Under the pieces are notes generated by a model that searched no databases, was not told the DNA's origin, and saw only the letters and a list, made by a program, of their open reading frames with translations. Of a stretch of 64,000 nt of DNA, positions 21,614 to 31,567 are shown one piece after another. The DNA is taken from positions 1 through 64,000 of IMG/VR virus record IMGVR_UViG_3300036770_007539; one strand, written 5' to 3'. Position numbers and translations under genes: made by a program. Positions within the stretch are counted from its first letter, which is position 1. Each line of letters starts with the position of its first letter.

Positions 21614-22648
21614 ATGCAAGATTTGGCAAATATAAAACAAATATCTCAAATTATACCGCACCCTAACGCTGACGCTTTAGAAATTGCCATTATTGAAGGC
21701 TGGCAATGTGTAGTTAAAAAAGAGCAATTTAAGACCAATGATTTGGTAGTTTATATTGCTATTGATACGTTGCTTAATAGCAAACCTTCTTGGGCTAGCT
21801 TTCTTGAGCAACGCAATTGGAGAGTTAGACTAATTAAGTTGAGAGGCGAATTGTCTTATGGACTAATTTTGCCTCTTTCTGTTTTGCCAGAAAACACACC
21901 AATTGAATTAGACTCTGACGTTTCTAATCTACTAGGAGTAGTTAAATATCAGAAACCGGAATCAAATGCTGGCAAACATTCTCCAGGAAAAACTAAGCTT
22001 AATTCGTTTCCATCTTTTACTGGAATGCATGTTACTGATGAGGTTAATCTTCAGTCAAAGCTAAGAATGTTAAATGAGTTGCTTGGCAAGCCATATTATA
22101 TAACTACAAAGTGGGATGGAAGCAGCATGACAGCAATTTATACTGCTACCCCATCAAATCCTGATGGAGAATTTGTACTTGCCTCTAGAAATCGTTGGTT
22201 GGAATTTTCTGACGAAGCCACTGATAATTGGAGCAAAGCAGCTAAAAAATATAATCTTCCAGAGATTTTAAAGAATTCTAATTATGGATTTCAATGTGAG
22301 TTAGTAGCTCCTGGAATTCAATCAAACCGTGCAGGGCTATCAGAGGTAGAAATTAGAATTTTCAATTTATTTGATAAGACTACTAGAAAATATGCAAGCC
22401 TAAAAGAGTTGCAAGATTTTTGCAGTTCTACTGGATTGCCCATAGTAACTTTACTAGAATCTGGTGAGAGTTTTAATTACAGTTTAGAACAATTGCTACA
22501 ATTAGCCAAAACAGTTAAATATCCAAACAATTTTCCAGCAGAGGGCATTGTGTTGCGTCCTCAGGTTGGATTTTATAGTGAAACTTTAAAAGATAAATGG
22601 TCTTGTAAAGTTTTGAACAGTGATTATCTTTTAAAGTTTGAAGAGTGA
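21614..22648 (+). CDS. ATP-dependent RNA ligase (DRB0094/Rnl2-like with N-terminal OB domain)
   Basis: PHPNADALE N-domain; motif I TKWDGSS, III QCEL, IV AEGIVLR, V SCKVLNSDYL. Confidence 0.9.
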   Translation: MQDLANIKQISQIIPHPNADALEIAIIEGWQCVVKKEQFKTNDLVVYIAIDTLLNSKPSWASFLEQRNWRVRLIKLRGELSYGLILPLSVLPENTPIELDSDVSNLLGVVKYQKPESNAGKHSPGKTKLNSFPSFTGMHVTDEVNLQSKLRMLNELLGKPYYITTKWDGSSMTAIYTATPSNPDGEFVLASRNRWLEFSDEATDNWSKAAKKYNLPEILKNSNYGFQCELVAPGIQSNRAGLSEVEIRIFNLFDKTTRKYASLKELQDFCSSTGLPIVTLLESGESFNYSLEQLLQLAKTVKYPNNFPAEGIVLRPQVGFYSETLKDKWSCKVLNSDYLLKFEE

Positions 22649-22781
22649 CATTTTTGTTAAAAATTTAATGCTAATTAAAATTCAAACAATTAAATTGCAT
22701 ATAATTGATGATTAAAACGATTATATTATTTAGTATTTTGAATTTAGTCAGAGAGTGGGTAATTTATCAAGAAAATCGAGA

Positions 22782-22810
22782 TTGACAAGTAAAAGATCTT
22801 GCACTATGCT
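22782..22810 (+). promoter_or_regulatory. Sigma70-type early promoter
   Basis: TTGACA-N17-TATGCT. Confidence 0.8.
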
Positions 22811-22872
22811 AGTTGTGTAAGGGCTAGAAGCCCCATTAACTATTATTAACAACATTATTATTGGAGGAAGTT

Positions 22873-23187
22873 ATGAGCCACGTTAGAATCAAGTATGTTC
22901 GTGATATGAAGCGTAATCCCGTTGGTTGCATTGCATATATAGTTTCAGATAATCAAATTTCTATTGGAGTTGCTTCGTGCAATCCATGCGATCCTTTCAA
23001 GAAGGAAATTTCACGATCTCTGGCAATTGGTCGACTGGTAGCCTCGCCAGAAAAGGGAACGGCTCCAAATGAGCGCTCAGTCCGAGCACTTACCCGAGCA
23101 GTTCTAGAAATGGCAGCTTCTAGCGATCATGCTTCTAGCCGGGTTGTTCGACTAGCGAACCGAGAAGTTAAATCAACACAGGCATAA
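22873..23187 (+). CDS. Hypothetical phage protein (probable start 22873)
   Basis: GGAGG SD; GVASCNPCDPFKKEISRSLAIGR pattern typical of small phage proteins. Confidence 0.7.
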   Translation: MSHVRIKYVRDMKRNPVGCIAYIVSDNQISIGVASCNPCDPFKKEISRSLAIGRLVASPEKGTAPNERSVRALTRAVLEMAASSDHASSRVVRLANREVKSTQA

Positions 23188-23390
23188 TCTATGCATAAAA
23201 TCGATAAAGTATATGTTGTTTTTGATGAATTAGATGAACCATGCATGGTGGCTAATACTAAATCATCGGCACAATCTTATATTAATTGGTTTTTAGATAA
23301 AAGTAAAAAATATTATATTGATTATTTTTTAGTGGACACATTAAAAATGAATCAAGAAGAAATAACAAGAATGTTAAAGGAGTTTTCGCC

Positions 23391-23729
23391 ATGAAGCGTT
23401 ATATTATACTTTGTTTTTTAGCAGCCTGTTCAGATTCTGAACAACCATTGCCATCATGTCAACCTCATACTTGTGCCGAATTTCACCATGAAACGGTTCC
23501 AGTTTGTGGAAAAGTTTATGATGGCTGTGGAAAAGATCTAGATTGTGGACCTTGTGATACCTCTGATTTAGGGGGTGGAGGAGCCGAAGGAAATAGCTGT
23601 GTAGTATCTACATCTTCTGTATCTTCAAGTTCTTCTGCATCATCAAGTTCTACCACAGTTTCATCTGGATCTGGAGATCAAGGCGAAGGCGGAGCCAATA
23701 TGTGCGAAGACTTAACGTTTGATAAGTGA
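23391..23729 (+). CDS. Cys-rich lipoprotein of myxobacterial style
   Basis: Lipobox LAAC; CQPHTC...CGKVYDGCGKDLDCGPC module; Gly/Ser-rich linker. Confidence 0.7.
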   Translation: MKRYIILCFLAACSDSEQPLPSCQPHTCAEFHHETVPVCGKVYDGCGKDLDCGPCDTSDLGGGGAEGNSCVVSTSSVSSSSSASSSSTTVSSGSGDQGEGGANMCEDLTFDK

Positions 23730-23750
23730 AAATTAAATATTGATTATTTT

Positions 23751-23782
23751 AATGGCTGCACTATTACTTTAGTGCAGCCATT
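23751..23782. other. Perfect 13-bp hairpin immediately upstream of the SD of a 50-aa ORF (23791-23943)
   Basis: AATGGCTGCACTA-ttactt-TAGTGCAGCCATT then GGAG-ATG. Confidence 0.7.
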
Positions 23783-24669
23783 GGAGTTTTATGGATAATA
23801 AATTCATTCTTCTAGAAGAAAAATTAAAAGATTTAAAAAAATACAGAAAAGATAAAATTAAAGAAATAGAAATTTTAGATACAGAAATTAATTGGATTAA
23901 AATTCAATTAGAAAAATTAGCAGAGAAAAATATTAATTATTAATTATATATTCATGGTTCCCTTTTTGTTGGTTTTAATTGAATCCGACAAAATTTTCTA
24001 TTCTGCTATTAGATGTTATTTAAAACTTGACATTAAAGGCTATGATTATCATATGCGATTATATCGTTGTTTTTTAAATGCCTGCGGCTACACCGAGCGT
24101 GAGTTTGATTCTAAATTGTTAGAATGGGTAGACGAGCAGTGGCATATTATCGCATATAGTAGCCATGGACAAAATAGAATTTCATATTGGAATTGATTGT
24201 CCATTTTGCTTTCAACAAACCCATAATACCTTAATGGGTTCTAAAAATTTTTCATACAATCATATTTATTGCACTCACTGTAGATTAACAGATATTGACA
24301 GCGAATTATTTGATTCAAAATTTGAAATGTGGTTTTTGGATGAAAAACTAATTTCAGTTATTATTTCTGATAATATAGGAGATAAATATTATCATTCTGA
24401 ATTTTCTCCAATTCAACAAGAAGTCAATTTGTTTCAGGATGATGATGGCAGCAGACACGATGTTTCATTAAAAAAATGGAACTTAAGAGATCATATTGAT
24501 ATTCTTTATTCTCATATTGATTTTACGTCGCTGCCTATGAAGCCTGGAATTTCTTTAAAAATTAAAGAAATTTTAGATAATCCATATGTTGATTCAAATT
24601 TAAAATTTAAAATATTTAAAACTAATATTTAGAAATAATATTTAGAAATAATAAAAGCTAAAGGTCATT

Positions 24670-25152
24670 ATGGAAATAGTTCAACCTACTTATGAGGCAG
24701 CATATAAGTTTTTTGATAAATATAAAAAATATAGAAATGAGTATAAAAATTCTTTTTCTTTAGCAGAAAAAAAGAAGTCATTTAATGAACATTATGGACC
24801 TGATTCTATGCCTAGTCCAAAGATGTTTGGATCAAAAGAAACAATAGCTGAAGCTGAAAATTCTATTGATAATGAAAAAAAGCATTTTACAGAATTGTTA
24901 GACTACACTGAAAATGAAGCAAAAAACGCTCTTATGGAATCAGAATGGGAATATCTTAATGAGGTGGGAGATGTTCTTGGCGAATTTGTGCTAGATGATC
25001 ATGTAAATTACGTAATATCAGAGTTTAAACAAGAATTATACCAAGATTTAGAACATAGTAGCGCAGACTCATCTTCAACAAAGATAGCAAAATTAACAAA
25101 AATAGTAAATGCATTTCACAAAAGTTGTAAAAAATTAAAAAATAGCCCTTGA
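24670..25152 (+). CDS. Hypothetical acidic protein with C-terminal helix motif
   Basis: Ends LTKIVNAFHKSCKKL. Confidence 0.65.
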   Translation: MEIVQPTYEAAYKFFDKYKKYRNEYKNSFSLAEKKKSFNEHYGPDSMPSPKMFGSKETIAEAENSIDNEKKHFTELLDYTENEAKNALMESEWEYLNEVGDVLGEFVLDDHVNYVISEFKQELYQDLEHSSADSSSTKIAKLTKIVNAFHKSCKKLKNSP

Positions 25153-25176
25153 CATTTAATGTCAGAGCGTTATACT
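25149..25176 (+). promoter_or_regulatory. Sigma70 promoter with palindrome over the -35 element
   Basis: TTGACA-N16-TATACT; TGACATT-t-AATGTCA dyad. Confidence 0.75.
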
Positions 25177-25202
25177 TCTCTCAGGTTGAGAGGAGCGCCT
25201 TC

Positions 25203-25769
25203 ATGACTTTTGATATTGAAAAAGCAAGCCCAACGCTTACTAGTTGGATGTTTAACGTAAAGCCTCATCTCAAGGCTTTATCAACAGAGCAAATTAGAGA
25301 GCATTGTAAGAAAAATAGCAAGCCATATGCTGTCATGATGGCTCAAATTATGGGTGATTTTAATTTTGCCTCTGTAATTCGTTCTGCCAATGCTTTTGGT
25401 GCAGAAAAAGTTTTTTATTTTGGAAAAAAGCGTTTTGACCGTCGAGGAACATGCGGAACACATCTTTATATTGATGTGCAATATCTTTCCACTCAAGAAC
25501 AAATTCAAGAATTGAAACAAGAATATACTTTTGTTGCTCTTGAAAATGTCAATCGCACACACTATCTTAGCGATTTTACTTGGAACACTGACAAAAAGCC
25601 ACTGATCATTATTGGTGAGGAAGGGACTGGTATTCCTTCTGAAGTGTTGTCTTTGTGTGATGTTCAAGTAGAAATTGAGCAATTTGGAAGCGTACCATCG
25701 GTAAATGCAGCAATTGCTGGTTCAATTGCAATGAATGATTTTGTAACTAAATATAAGAAGGGGCTTTGA
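25203..25769 (+). CDS. SpoU/TrmH-family RNA 2'-O-methyltransferase (probable start 25203)
   Basis: NFASVIRSANAFG, IIIGEEGTGI, SVNAAIAGSI SPOUT motifs; SD GAGGAG. Confidence 0.9.
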   Translation: MTFDIEKASPTLTSWMFNVKPHLKALSTEQIREHCKKNSKPYAVMMAQIMGDFNFASVIRSANAFGAEKVFYFGKKRFDRRGTCGTHLYIDVQYLSTQEQIQELKQEYTFVALENVNRTHYLSDFTWNTDKKPLIIIGEEGTGIPSEVLSLCDVQVEIEQFGSVPSVNAAIAGSIAMNDFVTKYKKGL

Positions 25770-26218
25770 TTATGATTCACATTCATACATCGAAATATGA
25801 CATTGATTTTGATAAAATGAGTTTTCTTGGACCTTGTTTTAAATTTCCAGAGCATAAAGTTCATTGGACTAAGCAAGGCTCAATTGCTTCAGAAATTTTA
25901 AAACTGCATGAATCTGGAAAAGATGTTCATGTAATTACTTTATCTGGCTATGTATTTTGGTCAATTATTGAGCAGGGTCTTACAAGAAAAACTTTGCACC
26001 GCAATGATTTGAAGATTCATTATCACCGATCAGAAGATGTGATTAATATATCTGGAATTGGTCCCAATCTAGAGCTATCAGCAGAATTAAATTCTCACTG
26101 GGATGGCGGCGGACATCACATTGCCAATATTCGTAGTATGCTTGGTTTCTATAAAGGAGATCAAGTAAACAAATATACATTTGATGATTTTGTTTCCTTA
26201 AACAAAAATTGTGCATAA
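25766..26218 (+). CDS. Degenerate C-terminal fragment of an ABC/AAA_21-type ATPase (DUF3696-like)
   Basis: FKFPEHKVHWTKQGSIA resembles IEEPExHLHPxxQxxLA; VHVITLSGY resembles the IIETHSDY H-loop; no Walker A. Confidence 0.45.
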   Translation: MIMIHIHTSKYDIDFDKMSFLGPCFKFPEHKVHWTKQGSIASEILKLHESGKDVHVITLSGYVFWSIIEQGLTRKTLHRNDLKIHYHRSEDVINISGIGPNLELSAELNSHWDGGGHHIANIRSMLGFYKGDQVNKYTFDDFVSLNKNCA

Positions 26219-26239
26219 GGTCAGTTTAACCAATAATTT

Positions 26240-27223
26240 ATGGAAGAAATAAATACAGTACTTTCAAATCTAAATCTAGATGCGCAATGCATTGATTATC
26301 AATCAACTAACTCTTCGGAGTTTTATGATATCAAACTTGGCTATAAATGCTCAGTAAAGAAATTTTCAAATTCTCTCAAAGAGCTTGAATTTAGACTAGG
26401 TTCTCATAATTCATTGTTTTTAACTTTACTGCCTAAGAGCGGTTGTGTAAGAATTCAAAATTTGAAAAATAATCTTCAGATTAAATTTGAAGATGTATAT
26501 TCCAAAAAAGAAGGGCTTCTCCCAGTAATCCTAGGCAAGGATTACTATGACAATATTATTTTTTCAGATTTTTCTAATCATCCCCATACTTTAATTTCTG
26601 GAACAACTGGATCTGGAAAAAGTATGGCTCTGCATAACATTATTTGTAATTTATTACTAAAAAATAATACAGAACTATATTTATCTGATTCTAAAGGAGT
26701 AGAATTTATTCCTTATGAACGTTTTTCTAAAATTTCAGAAATAGCTAAAACATATGATGAAAATATATATATGCTTAAAAAAATCCATTATATTATGGAG
26801 AGTAGGTTTGCAATAATGCGCTCTAAAAATCAAAATAATTTCCAAAAATTATTTGGAATCAATCCAATTGCGATTATAATTGATGAACTTTCGGATTTAT
26901 TGATTCAAGATAAAGATTCTGAATTAAAAAATATTTTACTATCCATTGCTCAAAAATCTCGAGCTGCTGGAATTTTTTTAATTGCGGCAACACAGCGTCC
27001 GTCAGTTGATATTCTATCTGGGACCATCAAAGCCAATTTCCCGGCTAGAATAGCCCTTAAAGCAGCCTCCCCAGTTGATTCCAAAGTAATCCTAGACCAG
27101 ACCGGAGCTGAAATGCTGAAAGGATATGGTGATGCAATTATTAACAATGAAAAATATCAATTTCTTAGATTTAAATTTCCACTAATTAATCATCAATCAA
27201 TAATTCAAAAAATTAAAAAATAA
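26240..27223 (+). CDS. FtsK/SpoIIIE-family ATPase domain protein (no TM segment, no gamma domain)
   Basis: HPHTLISGTTGSGKS, IIIDELSDL, AQKSRAAGIFLIAATQRPS, KANFPARIA, GAEMLKGYGD. Confidence 0.9.
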   Translation: MEEINTVLSNLNLDAQCIDYQSTNSSEFYDIKLGYKCSVKKFSNSLKELEFRLGSHNSLFLTLLPKSGCVRIQNLKNNLQIKFEDVYSKKEGLLPVILGKDYYDNIIFSDFSNHPHTLISGTTGSGKSMALHNIICNLLLKNNTELYLSDSKGVEFIPYERFSKISEIAKTYDENIYMLKKIHYIMESRFAIMRSKNQNNFQKLFGINPIAIIIDELSDLLIQDKDSELKNILLSIAQKSRAAGIFLIAATQRPSVDILSGTIKANFPARIALKAASPVDSKVILDQTGAEMLKGYGDAIINNEKYQFLRFKFPLINHQSIIQKIKK

Positions 27224-27227
27224 AAAT

Positions 27228-27851
27228 ATGATTTTTCACGATAGTTTTGTAAATAAAACAAAAAATATTTTAAATTTAAAATGCTCGGGTTCAAAAACTC
27301 TCTTTAAAAGAGAGCTAGTAAAAGAGCTTGGATTTAATATTCTTGATAAAAAAGAATTAAATCTAGGCTTGAATATAGTGTCAAGCATGTTTAGTTTAAA
27401 TTATTTTCCAGAATGGGAAGTAATTACTGGAAAATTTGGCGGAATCAAACATAAATCAAATCTTAAAAAGAAAAATGTTAAAATTTTTCCAAACAATTTC
27501 TTAGAAATACTGTTTCAAGTTTTGAATACTCATTGTAATTCGGTTCCAATTTCCAAAAATAAAATTGTTCAATTATTGAATTTATCACTGCCCAATCAAG
27601 AAGTTAGCAATTTGATTAGTGTTGCTATTCAAAAAAAATATATTATTGGATTTCTTGGAAAGAGAGGCAAAAAAGGAGGAATTGTAAAAGATCCTCTTAT
27701 TACGCCTAGGATTATGATTGAAGGATTAGCCATAGATGGCACAGAAGATTTGCCTTTACCAGCTAGACAAGATAAAAAAGAGGCATTATACTGGTCAAGT
27801 GCAGATGACTTAGAGCATCTTAACTATCAAGCAGTTCCTAACCAACTTTAA
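27228..27851 (+). CDS. Putative tandem winged-helix DNA-binding protein
   Basis: Two units, each ending in an Rrf2-like wing (ITGKFGGIK; GKRGKKGGIVK). Confidence 0.45.
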   Translation: MIFHDSFVNKTKNILNLKCSGSKTLFKRELVKELGFNILDKKELNLGLNIVSSMFSLNYFPEWEVITGKFGGIKHKSNLKKKNVKIFPNNFLEILFQVLNTHCNSVPISKNKIVQLLNLSLPNQEVSNLISVAIQKKYIIGFLGKRGKKGGIVKDPLITPRIMIEGLAIDGTEDLPLPARQDKKEALYWSSADDLEHLNYQAVPNQL

Positions 27852-27856
27852 ACGCC

Positions 27857-28306
27857 ATGATATCCAAAGAAGAAAAAAAGATAATCTCTTCTTACTCCAA
27901 GGAGATTAAAAAAGCAATAATCACTTTAGTAGAAGAGAATGATTTTTTATATGACTATATTGATTTGACAGATTATTGCGGAGCTTGTGGAATTGCTTCT
28001 TTAGCTTTATATGAAAAACTAAAGAAAGATAAAGTAAAATGCAATTGGTTTTATGGATATCATCAAATTCAATACCCTCATCTTGGGGAGCGTCATTGCT
28101 GGGTAGAAGTTAATAATCAAATCGTAGATGTTACTTACAAACAAATATCTGAAAAAAGTAAAAACATTTATATCTCTCCAATAAAATATGTCAAACTAAA
28201 AACAAATCCGCCTCATCAAGTCTTTAATAGATATTGGAGATGGCAAAATCCTTTTAAATATCATTACGACTGGTCAAACAACAAACTAGAAATTATTATT
28301 AAATAA
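27857..28306 (+). CDS. Transglutaminase/papain-like fold protein
   Basis: GACGIAS (Cys), HCWVEV (His), IVDVT (Asp) triad pattern. Confidence 0.6.
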   Translation: MISKEEKKIISSYSKEIKKAIITLVEENDFLYDYIDLTDYCGACGIASLALYEKLKKDKVKCNWFYGYHQIQYPHLGERHCWVEVNNQIVDVTYKQISEKSKNIYISPIKYVKLKTNPPHQVFNRYWRWQNPFKYHYDWSNNKLEIIIK

Positions 28307-28536
28307 AGAAAAATATATGGAAGTTCAACCTGAAATTTTATTGTGCTCTTGTCAATCTCTAGAAGAAGCTCAATGGGTCCGAGGAGAGCTAATCTCTTTC
28401 AACCCCAGAGATTATTGGTTTTATGTATTTAATGACTTTACTATTAAAGTTGCTAATGATTTCGGAGGGAAGATCTCTCAAGATAAATTTGATAAGGTTA
28501 AAGTCAAATCAGAGGAATTAATTAAAACTTTTCGTT

Positions 28537-28941
28537 CTAAAAAGAAATAGCACTCTTGGCTTTTAGTTTCTTGATATTATCATAATAATCTTTCATAGCT
28601 TTAACGCACTTTCTGCATCTGCACTTATACTTTTTGTAGCGCCAGATGGTTCCATGCGATGAAAGTTTACCGTATTCTCTTTTTTCTAAAGTTTTTTCAT
28701 GATGACATGCTTTACATAGCAACTGACATTTATTAACTTCATCTAGTAAATTAACATCGGCTCGGTCAATAAACTTAGAAATAATAAATTTTTTTTGTTT
28801 TGGCTTCAAGTGATCAAATTCTAGATTTTTAGTCGAACCACAGCGCTCGCATTTTCCACCTAATAATTCTATCAGGCGCAATTTACGAGACTTTCTACGT
28901 TCTTTACGAGCAAGTGATTTTTCTGGAGTCCAAACTGACAT
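28537..28941 (-). CDS. HNH endonuclease
   Basis: GGKCERCG...LEFDH...CQLLCKACH; C-terminal HGT..Y...CRCRKC. Confidence 0.85.
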   Translation of the reverse strand: MSVWTPEKSLARKERRKSRKLRLIELLGGKCERCGSTKNLEFDHLKPKQKKFIISKFIDRADVNLLDEVNKCQLLCKACHHEKTLEKREYGKLSSHGTIWRYKKYKCRCRKCVKAMKDYYDNIKKLKAKSAISF

Positions 28942-30018
28942 AGCATATAAATATGAAATTATCCAATGATGACGAGTTAATTTCTAACATCTTTTTAACT
29001 ATCTTATTTTTTCTTGGAACTATAATCCTGTTAAAAATAGGTTTTATTTATTGGATTATTTGTTGTTCTATTGTTTATTTTTTCATAGTTTCTGACAATA
29101 AATTTATAAATTTCATCTCCCCTGCAGAAGAATTTCAAGATAATAGTTATTACATTTTGCTTTGGTTTTTGGCATTATTAATGCCAATTGCATTGTTTTT
29201 AATGTATATTTCTGCTCGAGCCAGTGGTTATAGTAAAGATAACCATGATTAATTTGCCAGAAGTAGGGGAAAAAATCGTAGTCAATAATATTAGATATGC
29301 AACCGCCATGGTTTCCGATGTCGTTTGGGATGAAAAACAATTTGATTTTGTAATTAATTTACAATGGACAAATACTAATGGCGAATATATAGGTACATCT
29401 AGAGTCTACTATCGAGATCAAAATAAATCTTGGTTCAGATTCTCCAACAACAATTAACAAATAATTAGGTGAAATATGAGCGAATCTTGTGTCAAAAAAG
29501 TAAAAAATGCATGGCATCGAGCTAGGAACTTTAATAAAAAGAAAAGTGCAGATGGCGTAGTAACAAAATCAAATAGCCCAGGAATGACTTTGAAAAAATG
29601 GGCAAAGCACCAGGTTGAGACCGGCAGCTCTTTAGCAGAAGAATGTAGCCAATGGCTAAAGAATAAAAAAACACTAGCTCAAAAGTCACGAACTAAGAAA
29701 TGAATTATATTTTAATATTGTTAGTCCTTATTTTTTTACTAGCATTTATGCTTTTGAAAATGATTAGGTCTGAACAATTTGTTAAATCTTATTGCTTGAA
29801 TATTTTTCAACAAAGGCAGAAAGTATTTTTACAAGAATTTAAGTCTCATTATAAAATATATGGCTCTGAAAATTCTAACAAAAAACAAGCCATGATTGAA
29901 GTTTTACAAGATTATCTGTGGTCTAAGTCCCAAGATTTGGACCGCAATATCTCCAATAAAGTTTTTAACTTAGATTTAATTCTTGATATTGCCCATATTG
30001 TTTGGTTAATTTATTTTA

Positions 30019-30387
30019 TTGAAAAAAACAATGATGTTAGTTGATGTAAAAAAATTAAAAGAAATTATCAATCCAATCGAGAATCCTCCATGGAAAGAAA
30101 TAAATTCAAAAATTTCTTACGAAGAAATATTAAACTCTAAAGAAATAGAAATCTCTAAAGAATATGACGCACTAAATCCAATAACAAGAGAACAGCACAT
30201 TGCAAAAATAGCGCATTTTGTAAAAAATGGATGGAATGATGAACCAATTACAATTGTCTTTAACAAGGATTTATACCCCATATACGATGGCAATCATAGA
30301 TTTTGTGCTGCCATTCTTCGTAATGATGATTACGTTTTTGCAAACGTAGAAGGAAGTCGAGAGATGATCAAAAAAATATCATATTAA
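30019..30387 (+). CDS. ParB/Srx-like domain protein
   Basis: GW.DEPITI...IYDGNHRFCAA. Confidence 0.7.
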   Translation: MKKTMMLVDVKKLKEIINPIENPPWKEINSKISYEEILNSKEIEISKEYDALNPITREQHIAKIAHFVKNGWNDEPITIVFNKDLYPIYDGNHRFCAAILRNDDYVFANVEGSREMIKKISY

Positions 30388-30412
30388 TTGATATAGTTAA
30401 TGTGATATTCGT

Positions 30413-30485
30413 TGGGGAGTCGCCTAGTGGTTATGGCAGCGGACTTTGAATCCGCCATTCGTGAGTTCGAATCTCACCTCCCCTG
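30413..30485 (+). tRNA. tRNA-Gln (anticodon TTG)
   Basis: Cloverleaf: anticodon arm GCGGA-CTTTGAA-TCCGC, T arm GTGAG-TTCGAAT-CTCAC; U1:U72 mismatch; CCA not encoded. Confidence 0.9.
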
Positions 30486-30507
30486 CTAACTTTCTGCAAT
30501 TAAAGCG

Positions 30508-30535
30508 TTGACACCTATAAGATCGTAGCTATGTT
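30508..30535 (+). promoter_or_regulatory. Sigma70 promoter for the sigma-factor gene
   Basis: TTGACA-N16-TATGTT; GCTATGTTGCTTCA is also found in the 20526 promoter. Confidence 0.7.
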
Positions 30536-30580
30536 GCTTCACATGCGGCGGGTAGTCCTGCCCAACAGAGAGGTAATATA

Positions 30581-31378
30581 ATGTCTACGTATCTTGATAA
30601 GATCAAAAACTGCGAGATTCTTTCCAATGATAAGCTTGTTGCTCTGTTTGCCCAATATTCTTTGACGGGTGACATTCAAGCTCGAAATAAAATCATCAAC
30701 TCTACGCTTAGGCTCGTTGTAAAAATTGCAAGCCAGTATAAGCATTATGGAAAGTTTGACGATCTCATCCAAGAAGGTAACTGTGGTCTTTTGAAGGCTA
30801 TTGACAAGTTTGATTTTACCCTTGGAGTTCCCTGGAGTAACTATTCTGCTCAGTGGATTCGAGCTTATATTCTTCGCTTCACATTTAACAATCAAACCAT
30901 GGTAAAGCGAGGAACCTCTCCCGAGGAGAGAAAGTATTACTGGAAACTTCTTCGACTGCGGTCGAAGCTGGAAGCCCAGGGCAAAGACGCCAATGCCGAG
31001 GCTTTGGCTACCGAAATGAACCTAACCAAAGAACAGGTTGAGTTCATTCTTAGCAGGTCTACGGTCGATTCTAGTCTTCAATCAATCTCCTGCAACAGTT
31101 TCGATGAAGATCCTTCTGAGGAAATTCTAGACCCCATCTCTTCAAACGCAGAAGATAATATTGTCGATGCTATGTCTAATTCTCTAATCGAAGAAAAAAT
31201 GAATCTATTTGCTGATAGCCTTACCCCTCAGAAGAGGCTAGTATTTATGAATCGCTTTATGTCTGATGAATACCAAACTTTTGCTCAGCTAGGCGAGCAA
31301 CTAGGAGTCACACGTCAGCGTGTCCAGCAAATTGAATCAGAGCTTAAGAAGCAATTTATTTCTAAAATCAAAATTTGA
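30581..31378 (+). CDS. RpoH/sigma32-like sigma factor
   Basis: LRLVVKIA, DDLIQEGNCGLLKAIDKFD, WIRAYILRF, degenerate RpoH box (GTSPEERKYYWKL), region 4.2 LGEQLGVTRQRVQQIE. Confidence 0.9.
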   Translation: MSTYLDKIKNCEILSNDKLVALFAQYSLTGDIQARNKIINSTLRLVVKIASQYKHYGKFDDLIQEGNCGLLKAIDKFDFTLGVPWSNYSAQWIRAYILRFTFNNQTMVKRGTSPEERKYYWKLLRLRSKLEAQGKDANAEALATEMNLTKEQVEFILSRSTVDSSLQSISCNSFDEDPSEEILDPISSNAEDNIVDAMSNSLIEEKMNLFADSLTPQKRLVFMNRFMSDEYQTFAQLGEQLGVTRQRVQQIESELKKQFISKIKI

Positions 31379-31567
31379 ACAGGAATGACTTTTAAATTAA
31401 TCTTTAATAAGATTATGAGTCAAGACCAGGCTCAAGTCTAAAAGCAATTAGAATCATAAATTTTATTTAAACACATTTAAATAATTGCCAACCTGCCCTT
31501 GCAGGATTCATCTTACCGCCAACTTGCCAAAACAATTTCAACGAAGATTTCACTTTAACTCCTTATA

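Noticed and set aside
28537-28941. Intron-encoded homing endonuclease
   Set aside because: Free-standing between genes; no interrupted host gene or intron structure evident
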